A stretch of DNA of 64,000 nucleotides, from positions 43,772,001 through 43,836,000 of the forward strand of contig OX597821.1 of NCBI GenBank assembly GCA_951406725.2. Direction: 5' to 3'. A model generated the notes under the pieces. The model was given only the letters and a program-made list of their open reading frames with translations, was not told the origin of the DNA and did no database searches. The DNA is from Octopus vulgaris (lineage: Eukaryota). Shown one piece after another: positions 52,538 through 64,000 of the stretch; positions within the stretch are counted from its first letter, which is position 1; the number at the start of each line of letters is the position of its first letter. Position numbers and translations under genes: made by a program.

Positions 52538-52910
52538 AGGCATGGCTGTGCAGTAAGAATCTTGCTTCCCAACCGCATGGTTCTGGGTTCAGTTCTACTG
52601 TGTGGCATCTTGGGTGTCTTCTACTATAGCCTCAGGCTAACCAAAGCCTTGTTAGCAGATTTAGAAGATGGAAATGGAAAGGGGGCCATCATAAATAGAT
52701 ATGTGTGTGTCTTTGTGTCTGTGTTTGTCTCCCGCCATTGCTTGATAACTGGTGTTGGTGTGTTTCTGTCCTCGTTACTTGGTAGTTTAGCAAAAGCAAT
52801 TGATAAAATAAGTACCAGGCTTAAAAAATGCACTAGCTCAGCTTCAAGACAATACCTCAGCGTGACTCAGTCTAATGACTGAAACAAGTAAAAGATAAAA
52901 GATGAAAGAT
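52538..52910 (+). mobile_element. tRNA-derived SINE family A, older copy abutting the PLE terminal repeat
   Basis: Head ggcatggctgtgcagtaag; tail gaaacaagtaaaagataaaagatgaaagat. Confidence 0.8.
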
Positions 52911-52911
52911 A

Positions 52912-52953
52912 AACTGTTACTCAGAGTTTCATGTGAGCATTCATCAGACAGTT
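52912..52953 (-). ncRNA. minimal type I hammerhead ribozyme, canonical core
   Basis: Minus: aactgt CTGATGA atg-ctca-cat GAAA ctc-t-gag TA acagtt. Perfect 6-bp stem I; GUA site. Confidence 0.8.
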
Positions 52954-54971
52954 GTGAAAATACTGACCAATTAAATTATGTGAGTATATATAATGTAATA
53001 TAAGATAGTCTTTACAGCTCAGTGAATAAGTATTTCAGTCTGAGTGAGTAAATAATTTAAAAAAAAATAAAGCAGTGTAAAATTGGCTGCCAGTGGTAGG
53101 GTTGACCTTAGTGGAGAAATAAATATCAACAATAATTATATAAAAAAAAAACTTTGTGTAAAAGCAAGTAAATAAAAGAACAGAACATAATAGACTAATA
53201 ATAGGTGCCGATGTGGCTGTGTGGTAAGAAGCTTGCTTCCTAATCACATGGTTCTGGGTTCAGTCCCACTGTGTGGCACCCTGGGCAAGTGTCTTCTACT
53301 AAAACCTCTGGCCAACCAAAGCCCTGTGAGTGGATTTCGTAGACAGGAACTGAAAGAAGCCTGTCATATATATATATAGTCAATTATATCAACACCAGTG
53401 CAAAACTGGTGCTTGTTTCATCAACTCTGAAAGGACGAAAAGTAGAGTTGACTTCAGCAGAATTTAAACTCAGAACATCAAGGCAGATGAAATGCCACTA
53501 AGCATTTTTGTCTGGCATGCTAACAATTCTGCCAGTTCACTGTCTTAATAATAATAATCATAATAATTGAGAGAGAGAGAGAAGTGAAGTAAAAACAAAA
53601 GACAGAAAAGTCAGAGAAGAGAAAGAAGAAAAAGGAAGAAAGAAAAAGAAAGAAAGAATGGAAAAGAGAAATCAAAAGAGAGAATATGGGAAGAATAAGA
53701 TAGAGAAGAGAAATAAAAGGGGAGAGTGAATAGAGAATCTATTGGAAGAGAAGAGGTGACTTAATGATATAAACATACAAAAATGAGATGTTGTAAATTG
53801 AAGTATCAAATACAGCTCTGGAATAGTAGGCAGAGGTTGAAGGTTGATGGCGAGATTATAGAGACAAAGAAGCAAGAAACAGAAAGAGTATGAGCAACAA
53901 TAGGTAAAAAGATAGAATAACATAGGAAAACAATGTATGAACACAAATGTAATTTTATAAAAAAAGAATTGAAAGCCCAAGCTATAGTGTAAAAACAAGA
54001 TATATATAAAGTAAAAAAAAAAATAATAAATAAAATGAATAATACTTGCAAGTTCTTCAGAAATATCTAATGGTATGAAAAATTATTTTCAGGACATAAG
54101 CTTTTTATGTATATATAAAAAGTGATAGGAGAAACTACAAATAATATATTGTATAGAATGTTGAAAAGGATTGTTTAAAAATAAAAAAAGGGAGATAGTG
54201 TACTGTAAAAGCCAATTGTCTAAAAACGCAGGGAAATACACTATAAAGTGTTGACAAAACATGGGTTTATATGGTAGTCCAAATGGACTATCTTCATAGA
54301 ATCGTTTGGGTAGCACATAAGGAACCTAGAGGTATGCCTGCAAAATCTTGAGAGCTCTGTCTTGTAGTTCAATGCATATCTATCCTGGAATAGTATAAAG
54401 TACTTTACAATCAAACATAACAGACATCCCATTGAATCATGGTATAATCTGTGCCTGTTAAGGCTAGCCTTCTCCAATATGTACCAATAAATTTTAAATG
54501 GAACAGGGCCTGCTTCTTTTAAGTGCCATATACTCTTTGCTGACCTGTTTTCTGGATACTTAAAAGAATTTCTGTGTGAATAATCTAATTTTAAAGCTGT
54601 TCTCCATGGAACCAGTGCATGTTTTATATGTAGTAGTTTATGAAGCTGAACTTTAGCCCTATATTGCCTTTAATTAGGCAATTACCATTTAAGGGGCAGT
54701 TTCCTGGGTCTTTGAAAATTACCTTTGGGTACTGTTAACATTATTAATGCTTGTGTTGGGTTGGTTTTCAAACAAAGCAGTTCTTGCAACAAGAATAGTC
54801 CATCTTTAGCATTCTTTAGTTGAAAATTCTATAAAATTTGTGGCCAACTGCAAAGTGTTTAGAAACTAGATTTAAAAATTCTCTAGCTACATTAATACTA
54901 AATGTTAGATTGTACCACAAAACCTTTGTGGTTCTAGTTCTATGAGTCCTACTTCCATTATCAATATAGAG

Positions 54972-56372
54972 CAGGGGTCGTCAAACTACAGCCCGCGCGT
55001 TGGATCAGGCCCATGAGATCAGTTCGTCTGGCTCGCTGCAGCTCTGTTCCTTTTGTGTAAGTTCCTGCATTTGCCTCTGGTATGGCATCAGTGTTTGGAG
55101 CAAATTATGTCTGTGAGCAAACATTTTCAAAAAGGAAGTATGTGGCCTGATCAATAAGTTTCCGGACCGTTGCCATAGTAATGAAGCTAAAGCCTGCAGA
55201 GTAAAGCTGCTTGACACAGATTGACCTTGAACTCTGTTGTGCATGTGTACTAAGTTTTAGTGTTCTAGATCACTTCTGTTGTCTACAACAGTGCTTGGAA
55301 GGAAGGTGTGTAGCGTGTGTTCATTGCATTGACCATGACAGGGTAAGTTGAACTGAGAATCTGCATCAAATTTTGCCAAAACCTTGGCAATGCCTGCTCA
55401 GAGGCCTTTGCAAAGTTTTCAAAAAGTTTTCATCATTCTCAACACAATCAAGGAAATCTTCTGCAACTGAAACATGAGTGTCATTTTGGTCAGCTGAAAG
55501 CAGTTTCTGGCACAAACTTGGTAGACACGTGTCTCTTACCCAAATCTTCAGTGATAATGGACTGAACTGAATCATAGCTATTCTGCACATCCTCTGATAA
55601 CTCACGGATAGTAATTTGACAATTTCCCCTCAGAGCTCAATGCACATCTGCAGTGTTTTTCTCATTTCTGTTGGTTGTGGGTCTCCCAGAATGTTCATCA
55701 ATGTTGACATTTTTTAAGCCATCTTAGAAACACCTGAATCACTCATACATTTGTACACTCCTCTCCATACACTTTCTGCAACTTTGCATAGGCCACTGGG
55801 CAGGTATCGCCATGACAACTTTCTCTGTCATGGTCAATGTGATGATTACATGCTACCCACCTACTTTCCAAGCTCTAAACAGCAAAAGTGAGTTAGAATG
55901 TTAAAACTTAGCGCGCATGCAGCATAGCACAAAGTCAAACTATGCCAAGTGGCTTCACTCTGTGTGTCTTAGATTTCTTACTATAGCAATAGTCTGGATA
56001 CTTATTGGTCAGACCTCATATGTGAAGTCAGCGCATTGAACGAGGTTGACTGATGAACATTTGAAAGCAATTCTCTTGGCTGGATGCAGCAATTCCAAAG
56101 CAAATATTGAAGATATCTTCAAGGCTAAACACCAGTTTTGCAAATCTCACTAACCTTTTTGGCTGCTTAGTTTGTGAGATTTGGATATGTGCGTACTGGG
56201 TGTGATATAACTATCTTAATGCTAACGTTACCTTCTTTGGTAAATAAATATGTTGGTTGCCTTTATTTCATTGTGTAGTCTCTGTATCATATTGAACAAA
56301 ATGGTTATGCGCCCATTGCTCGTCATTCTCTCATTTATCTGGCCCTCTGTGAAAAAAGTTTGGTAACCTCTA
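54972..56372 (+). mobile_element. hAT (Charlie/SPIN-like) non-autonomous DNA transposon
   Basis: TIR caggggtcgtcaaact / agtttggtaacctcta; 8-bp TSD atatagag / atatggag; SVFGANYVCEQTFSKRKYVKSAH*TRLTDEHLKAILL (hAT dimerisation domain). Confidence 0.9.
55141..56018. mobile_element. mariner-derived foldback element nested in the hAT at a TA
   Basis: TA duplicated (55139-55140 and 56019-56020); TIRs tgtggcctgatcaataagtttccggac / tgaggtctgaccaataagtatccagac; both arms are mariner 5' ends. Confidence 0.88.
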
Positions 56373-56992
56373 ATATGGAGAATCCACTATTTTGCAGTGT
56401 ATCATTATCATATGTAGAGCTATCGTCAAAGGCTGCCTTGTCCAATGACTATGTGAAAATGTACTTTTCTATGTTACAAGCCAAATTTCTAAGAATACAC
56501 GGTGGGTGATTAGACCCTTTATTAATACAGAAAAGCTTTTCATTAGGCTTACAAAAAAGGCTTAAAACTGTTTGATCTTTGATAACTTCTAAGATTCATG
56601 TTGACTGTGATCTTTAAGCCCATACTTTTGATGAATATAGTTATTATTATATATATATATTTTTACTTGTTTACTTATTCTCATCTACAGCTTTTAATCT
56701 TTAATGTTAAACTCCTCTTTTTGACTTCTATTTCATTTCTCCTATTTATATGCAATTCTCATTTCTGAGAATTCAGTTTGTTTTTATTTACTTGCTTTTA
56801 CACAATTTAAAAAAAAATTATTGTTGATATTTATTTCTCCACTAAGGTCAACCACTGGTAGCCAATTTTACACAGTTATAATTTTTGAAATTGCTTACCC
56901 AATCAGATTGAAATGCTTATTCATTGAACTGTAAAGACTATCTTATATTACATTATATATACTCACATAATTTAATTGGTCAGTATTTTCAC

Positions 56993-57034
56993 AACTGTCT
57001 TATGAATGCTCACATGAAACTCTGAGTAACAGTT
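56993..57034 (+). ncRNA. hammerhead motif copy with a G5U core mutation (predicted inactive)
   Basis: aactgt CTTATGA atgctcacat GAAA ctctgag TA acagtt. Confidence 0.7.
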
Positions 57035-57226
57035 TATCTTTACTTGTTTCAATCATTAGACTGAGTCATGCTACACATACAAAATGGATGTTTAACCTTT
57101 TTATATTTATTATAAAATAACACTTGTAGAGTGAGGTATTATTGTACATACATGCATACATAGGCACATACATATATACATATATACATATATACATACA
57201 TACATACATACACACACACATATATA

Positions 57227-57269
<43 letters not shown>

Positions 57270-57271
<2 letters not shown>

Positions 57272-57615
57272 GCGCATGGCTCAGTGGTTAGAGCGTCGAG
57301 CTTACGATTGTGAGGTTGTGAGCTCGAATCCCGGACCGGGCTGCGTGTTGTGTTCTTGAGCAAGACACTTTATTTCACGTTGCTCCAGTTCACTCAGCTG
57401 TAGAAATGAGTTGCGACGTCACAGGTGCCAAGCTGTATCGGCCCCTTTGCCTTTCCCTCGGATAACACTGGTGGTGTGGAGAGGGGATACCGGTATGCAT
57501 GGGCGACTGCTGGTCTTCCATAAAAAAAACAACCTTGCCCAGACTTGTGCCTCAGAGAGAAACTCTCTAGGTGCAAACCCATGGTCAGTGTCTGACCGAA
57601 GGGGGTCACCATCAC
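57270..57615 (+). mobile_element. tRNA-derived SINE family D, young copy
   Basis: ggcgcatggctcagtggttagagcg...gagctcgaatccc (A/B boxes), CpG-rich body. Confidence 0.85.
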
Positions 57616-59057
57616 CATATATATATATGTATATATATATATGTATATATTATATTTATATTTCGGTATATACATACATATACATTTATAAAGATCATCA
57701 TAATCATTTAATGTCTATCCTCCATTCTAGCAGGGGTTAGATGGTTTGACAAAAGCTGGAAAGCCAGAGGGCTATGCTAAGTTCTATTGTTTTAATATGG
57801 TTTCTACAGCTGGATGCCCTTCCTAATGCCAACCAATTTACAGAGAGTACTGAGTACTTTTCTCATGGCACCTGCACCAGCACTAGTGGGGTCACTAAGT
57901 AACATGATAGACAAAACAAAGTCCTCTTGACTGCAGGGGAGTAGTATTGAGGGAATTAGTTTTGTGCCAGTTGATGAGAGGTTAAAGGTGTAAGAGTGGG
58001 ATAGAAGTGATACAAGGATATCTCAGTTGGAGAGGAAAGGAAATTGAGAAAGTGTTAGACAGAGAAAGTGGGAGAGATGGTGGTGGATATGTGTCAATAC
58101 ACACCCTTAAGGTACAGTTAGTGAGAATATAGGTGAAGTGATACAGCGGATTGGGCTGGGTGAGGGGACAGAGGGGAAAACTGCATAAGAATGGGAGGGG
58201 ACATGGTTGGATGGAATAGAAGTGGTAGTAGCAATTGAAGATCAGAAATAAAGGAGTGGCTCAGGAGAAGTGGGGGAGGGGTAATATTAGATATGTGTGG
58301 GGATTGGAAAGAAAGGGAATGAAAGAGGTGTAAGGCTGGATGGAGTACAGCAGAGAGGAGAATCCATGACTGGAGAATGATAATGAGGAATGGAAGAGGT
58401 CCTGGAAAGGGGGATGAAAAGAGTAGGTAATTAAAACTGTGTGTGGGTGCATAGTATGTGCTTATTTGCTCTCAGGTGACTTTGGTAGCTGAATAATATC
58501 AGAGTAAAGAAGTGATGAGTGTAGGAAATGGGATGTGGCAGAAGCTTGATGAGGCAGGGAAAATGAAGGTGGGGCAGAGGTTATCATTTACCAAGTTGGT
58601 TTTAGGATATCGCTTCTGTTATATATATATATTAAATTAGAGATAAAATCACTATTAGGCAAATCAAACATAAACCAATACATAGAAATAAAATAATTAA
58701 TATAATATACAAAATAAATAAAAAATATATAAAATATTATATATATGAATATATAATGTGTGTGTGTGTAAATACGAACATATATATATATATATGTGTA
58801 TATCTTTTAATATAAACAGGATTTAAATGCAAGCAACTATTAGTTTCATGCATAAACTAATAGTTGCACACACACACACACACACACACGCACACACACA
58901 TGTAGGTATATGTACATATATGTATACATTGGTATATAAGTATACACATATAAAATGTGTAACATACATACATATGTATTATGTAAGTTATACATTTTAT
59001 ATATATATATATGTATGTTATATATTATATACATACATACATACATACATACATACA

Positions 59058-59116
<59 letters not shown>

Positions 59117-59123
<7 letters not shown>

Positions 59124-60331
59124 TATCCCATAAATAATGCAGATTTTTCAATTGCATGAACTAAAAGTCAGAGGAGGACGGGATAAACTACCTGCATCAA
59201 GTTGATATAAAAGCAGGTAGTAATTTTACCTTGTTCTTATTCTTAGTGCAAATTTTGAAGATTTTAATAGTTATTTTTTCAAAGCTATAATGGAAGTGAC
59301 AAAGGAGCATATTTGGCATATTTTGCTTTATGAGTTCAATAAAGGCAACAAGGCAATGGAAAGTGCAAGGAATATTAATGCAGTATATGGGGGTCAGACA
59401 ATAAGCATAAGCCAGTGTCAACGGTGGTTCCAGAAATTCTGAGCTGGAAACTGTAGCCTAGAAGATGAGCCTCGTCCTGGAAGATTTGTAGAGCTTGATG
59501 AGGAGATACTTCAAACCCTGGTGGAACAAAATCCCATTGTAACTGTTGAAGAACTAGTAGAGAAGCTTGGATTTGGTCATTCAACCATTCACCGACACCT
59601 GTGTGCCATCAGAAAAGTCAGCAAATTGAGTCAATGGATTTCTCACAAATTTTCCAAGTCTAATCGCGAACAGAGTGTGAATGTGTGCTCCTCTTAGCTG
59701 TCACATCTCACGAATTAACCTTTTTTGGACCGAATAGTGACTGGTGATGAGAAATGGGTTCTATAAAAATGTCAAGCACTGAAGACAGTGGGTACAGAAA
59801 GAAGAAACATCAGCACCCCAGGCTAAAGAAGGTCTTCACCCACATAAGGTGTTGTTATCTGTTTGGTGGGATATGAAAGGTTTAGTCCACTTTGAACTTT
59901 TAAACCCAAATCAAACGATAACAAAGGAGATCTACTGCAAGCAGCTTGAATGGCTTAAGTCAGTGCTAGAAGAAAAATGACCATCTTTGGTTTCAAGATG
60001 AAAGGTGTCCTTCCATCAGGATAATGCTCAGCCACATACAGTGAAGATAACATTCTAAAGGCTGGAGTAGTTTGAATGGGAAATGGTGTCCCGCCCACTA
60101 TATCACCGGGCATTGCCCCATCTGATTATCATTTATTCCGCGGTCTTCAAAATCATTTGGATGGTAAATACATGAATTTTGTAGACGAAGTTTGAACAGT
60201 GCTGGAGGAGAATCTTTCATTATGGACAAGTGAATTTTGGAAGAGGGATCTTGCAAAAAGAACTTTGTTTATCTTAATTTTGAAAAATAAAATAAATTTA
60301 ATAACCACATTACTTATGGGATAACCCAATA
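59117..60331 (+). mobile_element. near full-length decayed mariner (DD34D); transposase pseudogene from 59290
   Basis: TIRs gggttatcccataaataatg / cattacttatgggataaccc; MEVTKEHIWHILLYEF...IVTGDEKW...HQDNAQPH...IAPSDYHLF. Contains stops and frameshifts. Confidence 0.93.
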
Positions 60332-61048
60332 TATATGTGTGTGTATGTGTGTGTGTGTCTAATATATACTTTTATCATTTTTAATTAGAATTTAGTTACA
60401 AAAGTGGCTGAAGGCCTAAATTTTCATATATAGCAGCTATTAATCTGCTTTAAATAGGGAACTTTGTTTCATATGTAAAGTAAATTAAAATTCTTTCAGG
60501 AATGTTCCATTAAAAATTAATAATCACATGTAAAAAGCATATTTTTCCAATAAACTGCTCATTAAACAGAAATAAATCATGAGAGGAGATAAAATGCAGT
60601 TTAAATGTTTCTTAAATAGAGTGAAGTATAACCGATATATTTATCATAACCTATACATGCATACACACACACATCATCATCAACATCATCGTCATCGTCG
60701 TCGTCATCATCATCATCATCATCCTTATCATCATCCTCATCATCATTTTAACATCCACTTTTGATGCCTGCATATGTAGAAAGGAGCTTTTGTTGAGAGA
60801 GATTTTCTGCAGTTGGATACTCTTCCTGCCATCAACCCTCACCTATTTTCAGGGAAGGTAATATTTTTCTATAGCCAGACATGCTCTGGCAGAATACCGG
60901 AAATGAACGACACTATGTGTATGAGAGTGACAATCATTTTATAACTATCACATGATGTTCAGGACAAGAGGGCACAAATATACACAAGCTCTCTCTCTCT
61001 CTCTCTTCCTCTCACACACATATGTGTATCCTTCTCTCTCTCTCACAC

Positions 61049-61113
<65 letters not shown>

Positions 61114-61359
61114 GACAAGCTTCTAGTTTCTGCTTGCCAAATCTACTCATAAGGCTTTGGTTGACACAGGGCTGCTATAGTAGAAGGTTCTTGCCTACAG
61201 TGCCATGTAGCAGGACCGAACCTGGAACCATATAGTTGGAAAGCAAACTCCACTACATCTGCATATAAACTAGATGTACCTGTGACCCATTGAATCACAA
61301 TCACTCCAAGTTGAAAATGTTGATGCATGGCGGCAAAGGAAAAAATTCTATTTTGAACT

Positions 61360-61990
61360 TCATGCTATAAAATTCTTAAATAATACAGTTCTCCTACCTT
61401 TGGTGTGACAACATAAACATAACCAAGTGTTTCTTCTTTGAAAACGTTCAAATGGCCTTCAACTGTTTTCCTTCACTTTCTGTTCTTTGTTACTCTTTCA
61501 AGTGAAATACATCGGTACTTCAGCATAAAGTAATGTTTTTGCAAAGTCAGCATTGATGCACAATGAGAAGAATTCTGTCAATGTTGTTCTCATATGTCGT
61601 TCATTGACAGCCACATATATCCTCATTATTTATGAGCAATGTTCTTTGTTCATCTGGTAGATGAACTTGTAGCCTCAATATTGCAGGTGCTTTTTCATGA
61701 TTGTAAATCCCAAAATGGATACAACTGCTTTGGATGGTCCAATATACCTACCCATTAGATATTGATTAATTTCATTATCAATGCTTGAACAGCAGCTTGG
61801 TCATTTCCTTTCAATATGTACTTGATGATGTACTTAATTGAACCCACTGAGACAACGACTGCAACATTGCAGTGGCATTTGAATGTTCCAAGAAGAATTT
61901 CATTATAAGGTGCAACACACTTGTTGTTGTCTGATTTTCAATTCTTATGAGATTCAACTCCTCCCATGGCAACTGATCTTCGTCTAAAGT
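61360..61990 (-). mobile_element. Helitron Rep/helicase fragment
   Basis: CVAPYNEILLGTFKCHCNV...SIKYIIKYILKGNDQA (Rep YxxKY motif); TTLTEFFSLC...FAKTLLYAEVP; GELYYLRIL. Confidence 0.85.
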
Positions 61991-62489
61991 TTTTCTGTCT
62001 CTTTTTCTACCTTTTGATTAAGCCGATAAAGATTAATATTTTACTTTAAATAAAATAGTAATTTTGCCCTTTATGTAAAAACAAAATCAAGCACCTGTGA
62101 TTAAAAAAATTTCCCATAAAAATATAGGGAGAATTTCTATCCTTCAGTTTACAACACTTGAAAGTTGTATAAATTATTAAAGGAAGTAAGAAAAAAAAGA
62201 CGGACAGTAGTAGCTGCAATGACTCTTTGAAGTGTTGACATTTTCAGCGTTTCTTTTTTCCTTGAAGAAGGGAAGACTATTTTATTTGTAATCTTAATCA
62301 AATGGCAGTGTAATCCTTAATGTTGGATTTTATAACGCCCACTTCAGTATAGCAGCAAAGTTATTAGACATGTAAAGACATGACTAGCTAAGAACATCTA
62401 CTTTGTCCCCTCCTTATATTGAGTGACATCACTTTATATATAGCGACTAACACATACCGCTTGTCACATGTACCATTATTACTATTATC

Positions 62490-63928
62490 CCCACAACTTC
62501 TCCCCTTTTAAGTTTTCCTAGAGAGTGTAATTTTATGCTATAATTTTTACATCCCCACATCTCTCTTTTTAAAATTTTTTTTTTCATACAGTTACGCATT
62601 TAATATTTTTTCATTAGGTATCCACTTCCAGGAACTCCATTAATTTTCCTTTTCTTACACTTGTGTACCTGGGTTCAATCACCTCTGGTGGCATTGGTAT
62701 TTGAAAAGTATCATATAACCATTTCATTGTTTCTTCCATTCTCTTGGATTCGCTGTCAATGAATCTTTTTATCAGTTGTTTCATGTGTCTCTTTTCTACT
62801 TTTTACCAAGTATAACATTTTTCCTATGCATTTGGTAATTATGCCATCTCCCCAACTATATTTTCCATTCTTATATACCCTCACAAAAACCTTTCCACCA
62901 ATTTTGAAAAATCTTGCTGCATTTTCCCTTGCAATTTTTCTTTTCTTGCCAGATAGCAATCTGTTGAAGACTGATTTTCCTAGCAAACATCATCTTCGCC
63001 GGTGACATACCTGCTGGTATATTTCGATTTGGTGTCACATGATATGCTCTTAAGAATTGTTGTAAAGCTGCCTCATCCGTGACATCCTTATTTGAATTTC
63101 TTAGGGGCTCTCTTGAATGTATTGACAAAACGTTCTGCCTGTCCGTTAGATCTGGAATGGTATGGCGCCGTAGTTACATGTTCTACAGCGAACGTTTTAC
63201 AATACTTTTTAAATTAAAAAAAAACACAAATTGGGTTCCATTGTCAGACACTATCACGTCTGGGTTGTGAAATCTCGCAAATGGCAAAAGTAAAAAAATT
63301 GTCACAGTTGAGGTTTTTTTACACTTACAAATTTCTGGCCATTTAGAGAAACTATCCACTACCACTAAAGTAGTAACAACTGTTTAAAGGACCAGTGAAA
63401 TTGATGTGTAGTCTCGACCATGGAACATCTACTTTTGGTCAAGGTTGAACTTTCCACATTACTTGTTAACTCTACCAGTGATGTAGTCCTCCTTGTTGTT
63501 CTTTTCTAGGTTCAAACATTTCCAACGTGTATTAAACAACAAGCTTTTCTCCCTAAAAAATTTACTCAAAATGTCTCTTGTATCTTTAAAGTTTATGTCA
63601 GAAGGTTTTCTCAGGAGTACGTAATTGCTGTAACGCAGCCAGTTTTCTTAAAATTAAACGCATTTTCATCTCGTCATTCTAATCTTTGCACTCTTTATTG
63701 AAGATCTGTTCATATCTTCTACAGTAAGCTTCGAAGTTCGAAGGTAACTTGTTCGTTTGGTTCGTACTTAAACTCTGCTATCGAGTTCACAACATAATTT
63801 GGAGAGAATATTTTTTCAGCATTTCCTGCCGACTTACTATTCATTAATTGCAGCATTTGTTGCTGTAATAGTAATTGTTGTTGCTTCTGTTTTTGTAACT
63901 TGAGCAAACCAGCCAACATATTTTCCAT
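62490..63928 (-). mobile_element. Ty3/gypsy LTR retrotransposon, internally deleted (gag start and integrase; no RT seen)
   Basis: VVDSFSKWPEI...PDVIVSDNGTQF; SNGQAERFV; FLRAYHVTPN...SPAKMMF; polypurine tract aaaaggggagaag before tgtgggg near 62495. Confidence 0.85.
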
Positions 63929-64000
63929 AATTTTACGCTTTTGTATACTCTTACTCTTTTATTCTTTTACTTGTTTCAGTCACTTGACTGCGGCCATGCT

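Larger units (their letters stand above)
52859..57072 (-). mobile_element. Penelope-like element with inverted terminal repeats (52859-53185 / 56772-57072); ORF remnant ~54270-56635
   Basis: Minus: MGLKITVN...KPNEKLFCINKGSNHPPCIL (RT thumb); VLWYNLTFS...SKHF..HKFYRIFN; CPLNGNCL; HRNSF...WHLKE...WYILEKA...CLLCLIVKYFIL...LNYKTELSRFCRH (GIY-YIG). Confidence 0.88.

Noticed and set aside
56049-56076. CTGATGA...GAAA hammerhead-like string
   Set aside because: It is hAT transposase coding sequence (LTDEHLKAIL) and lacks stems I and III.

Overview
AT-rich, microsatellite-dense eukaryotic DNA. The repeat complement (tRNA-headed SINEs with internal (CA)/(TA) tracts, RTE LINE tails ending in (GAT)n, mariner, Penelope) looks like an octopus genome; this is an inference from repeat recognition, not from a search. 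I cannot support any intact host gene: the ORF track is almost entirely microsatellite translation or decayed transposon fragments, so this is probably a large intron or gene desert. Decayed mobile elements present: several mariner/Tc1 elements and MITEs, a hAT, two Helitron pieces, two gypsy remnants, RTE LINEs, four or more SINE families, piggyBac-like TTAA MITEs and at least three Penelope-like elements (PLEs). The most notable signal is a set of minimal type I hammerhead ribozyme (HHR) motifs, several of them beside PLE remnants. One has a canonical core inside a ~300 bp inverted terminal repeat pair (52912-52953, minus). One has a compensatory U3-A8 core, a palindromic stem III and a GUC site, and lies inside a putative intron (22538-22596). 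Other highlights are a PLE>hAT>foldback-mariner triple nesting, an RTE LINE with a twin-priming-type 5' inversion and TSD, a 50-bp satellite with an internal inversion, and many foldbacks that could be ADAR substrates. Coordinates were read by eye, so the boundaries of decayed elements are approximate.
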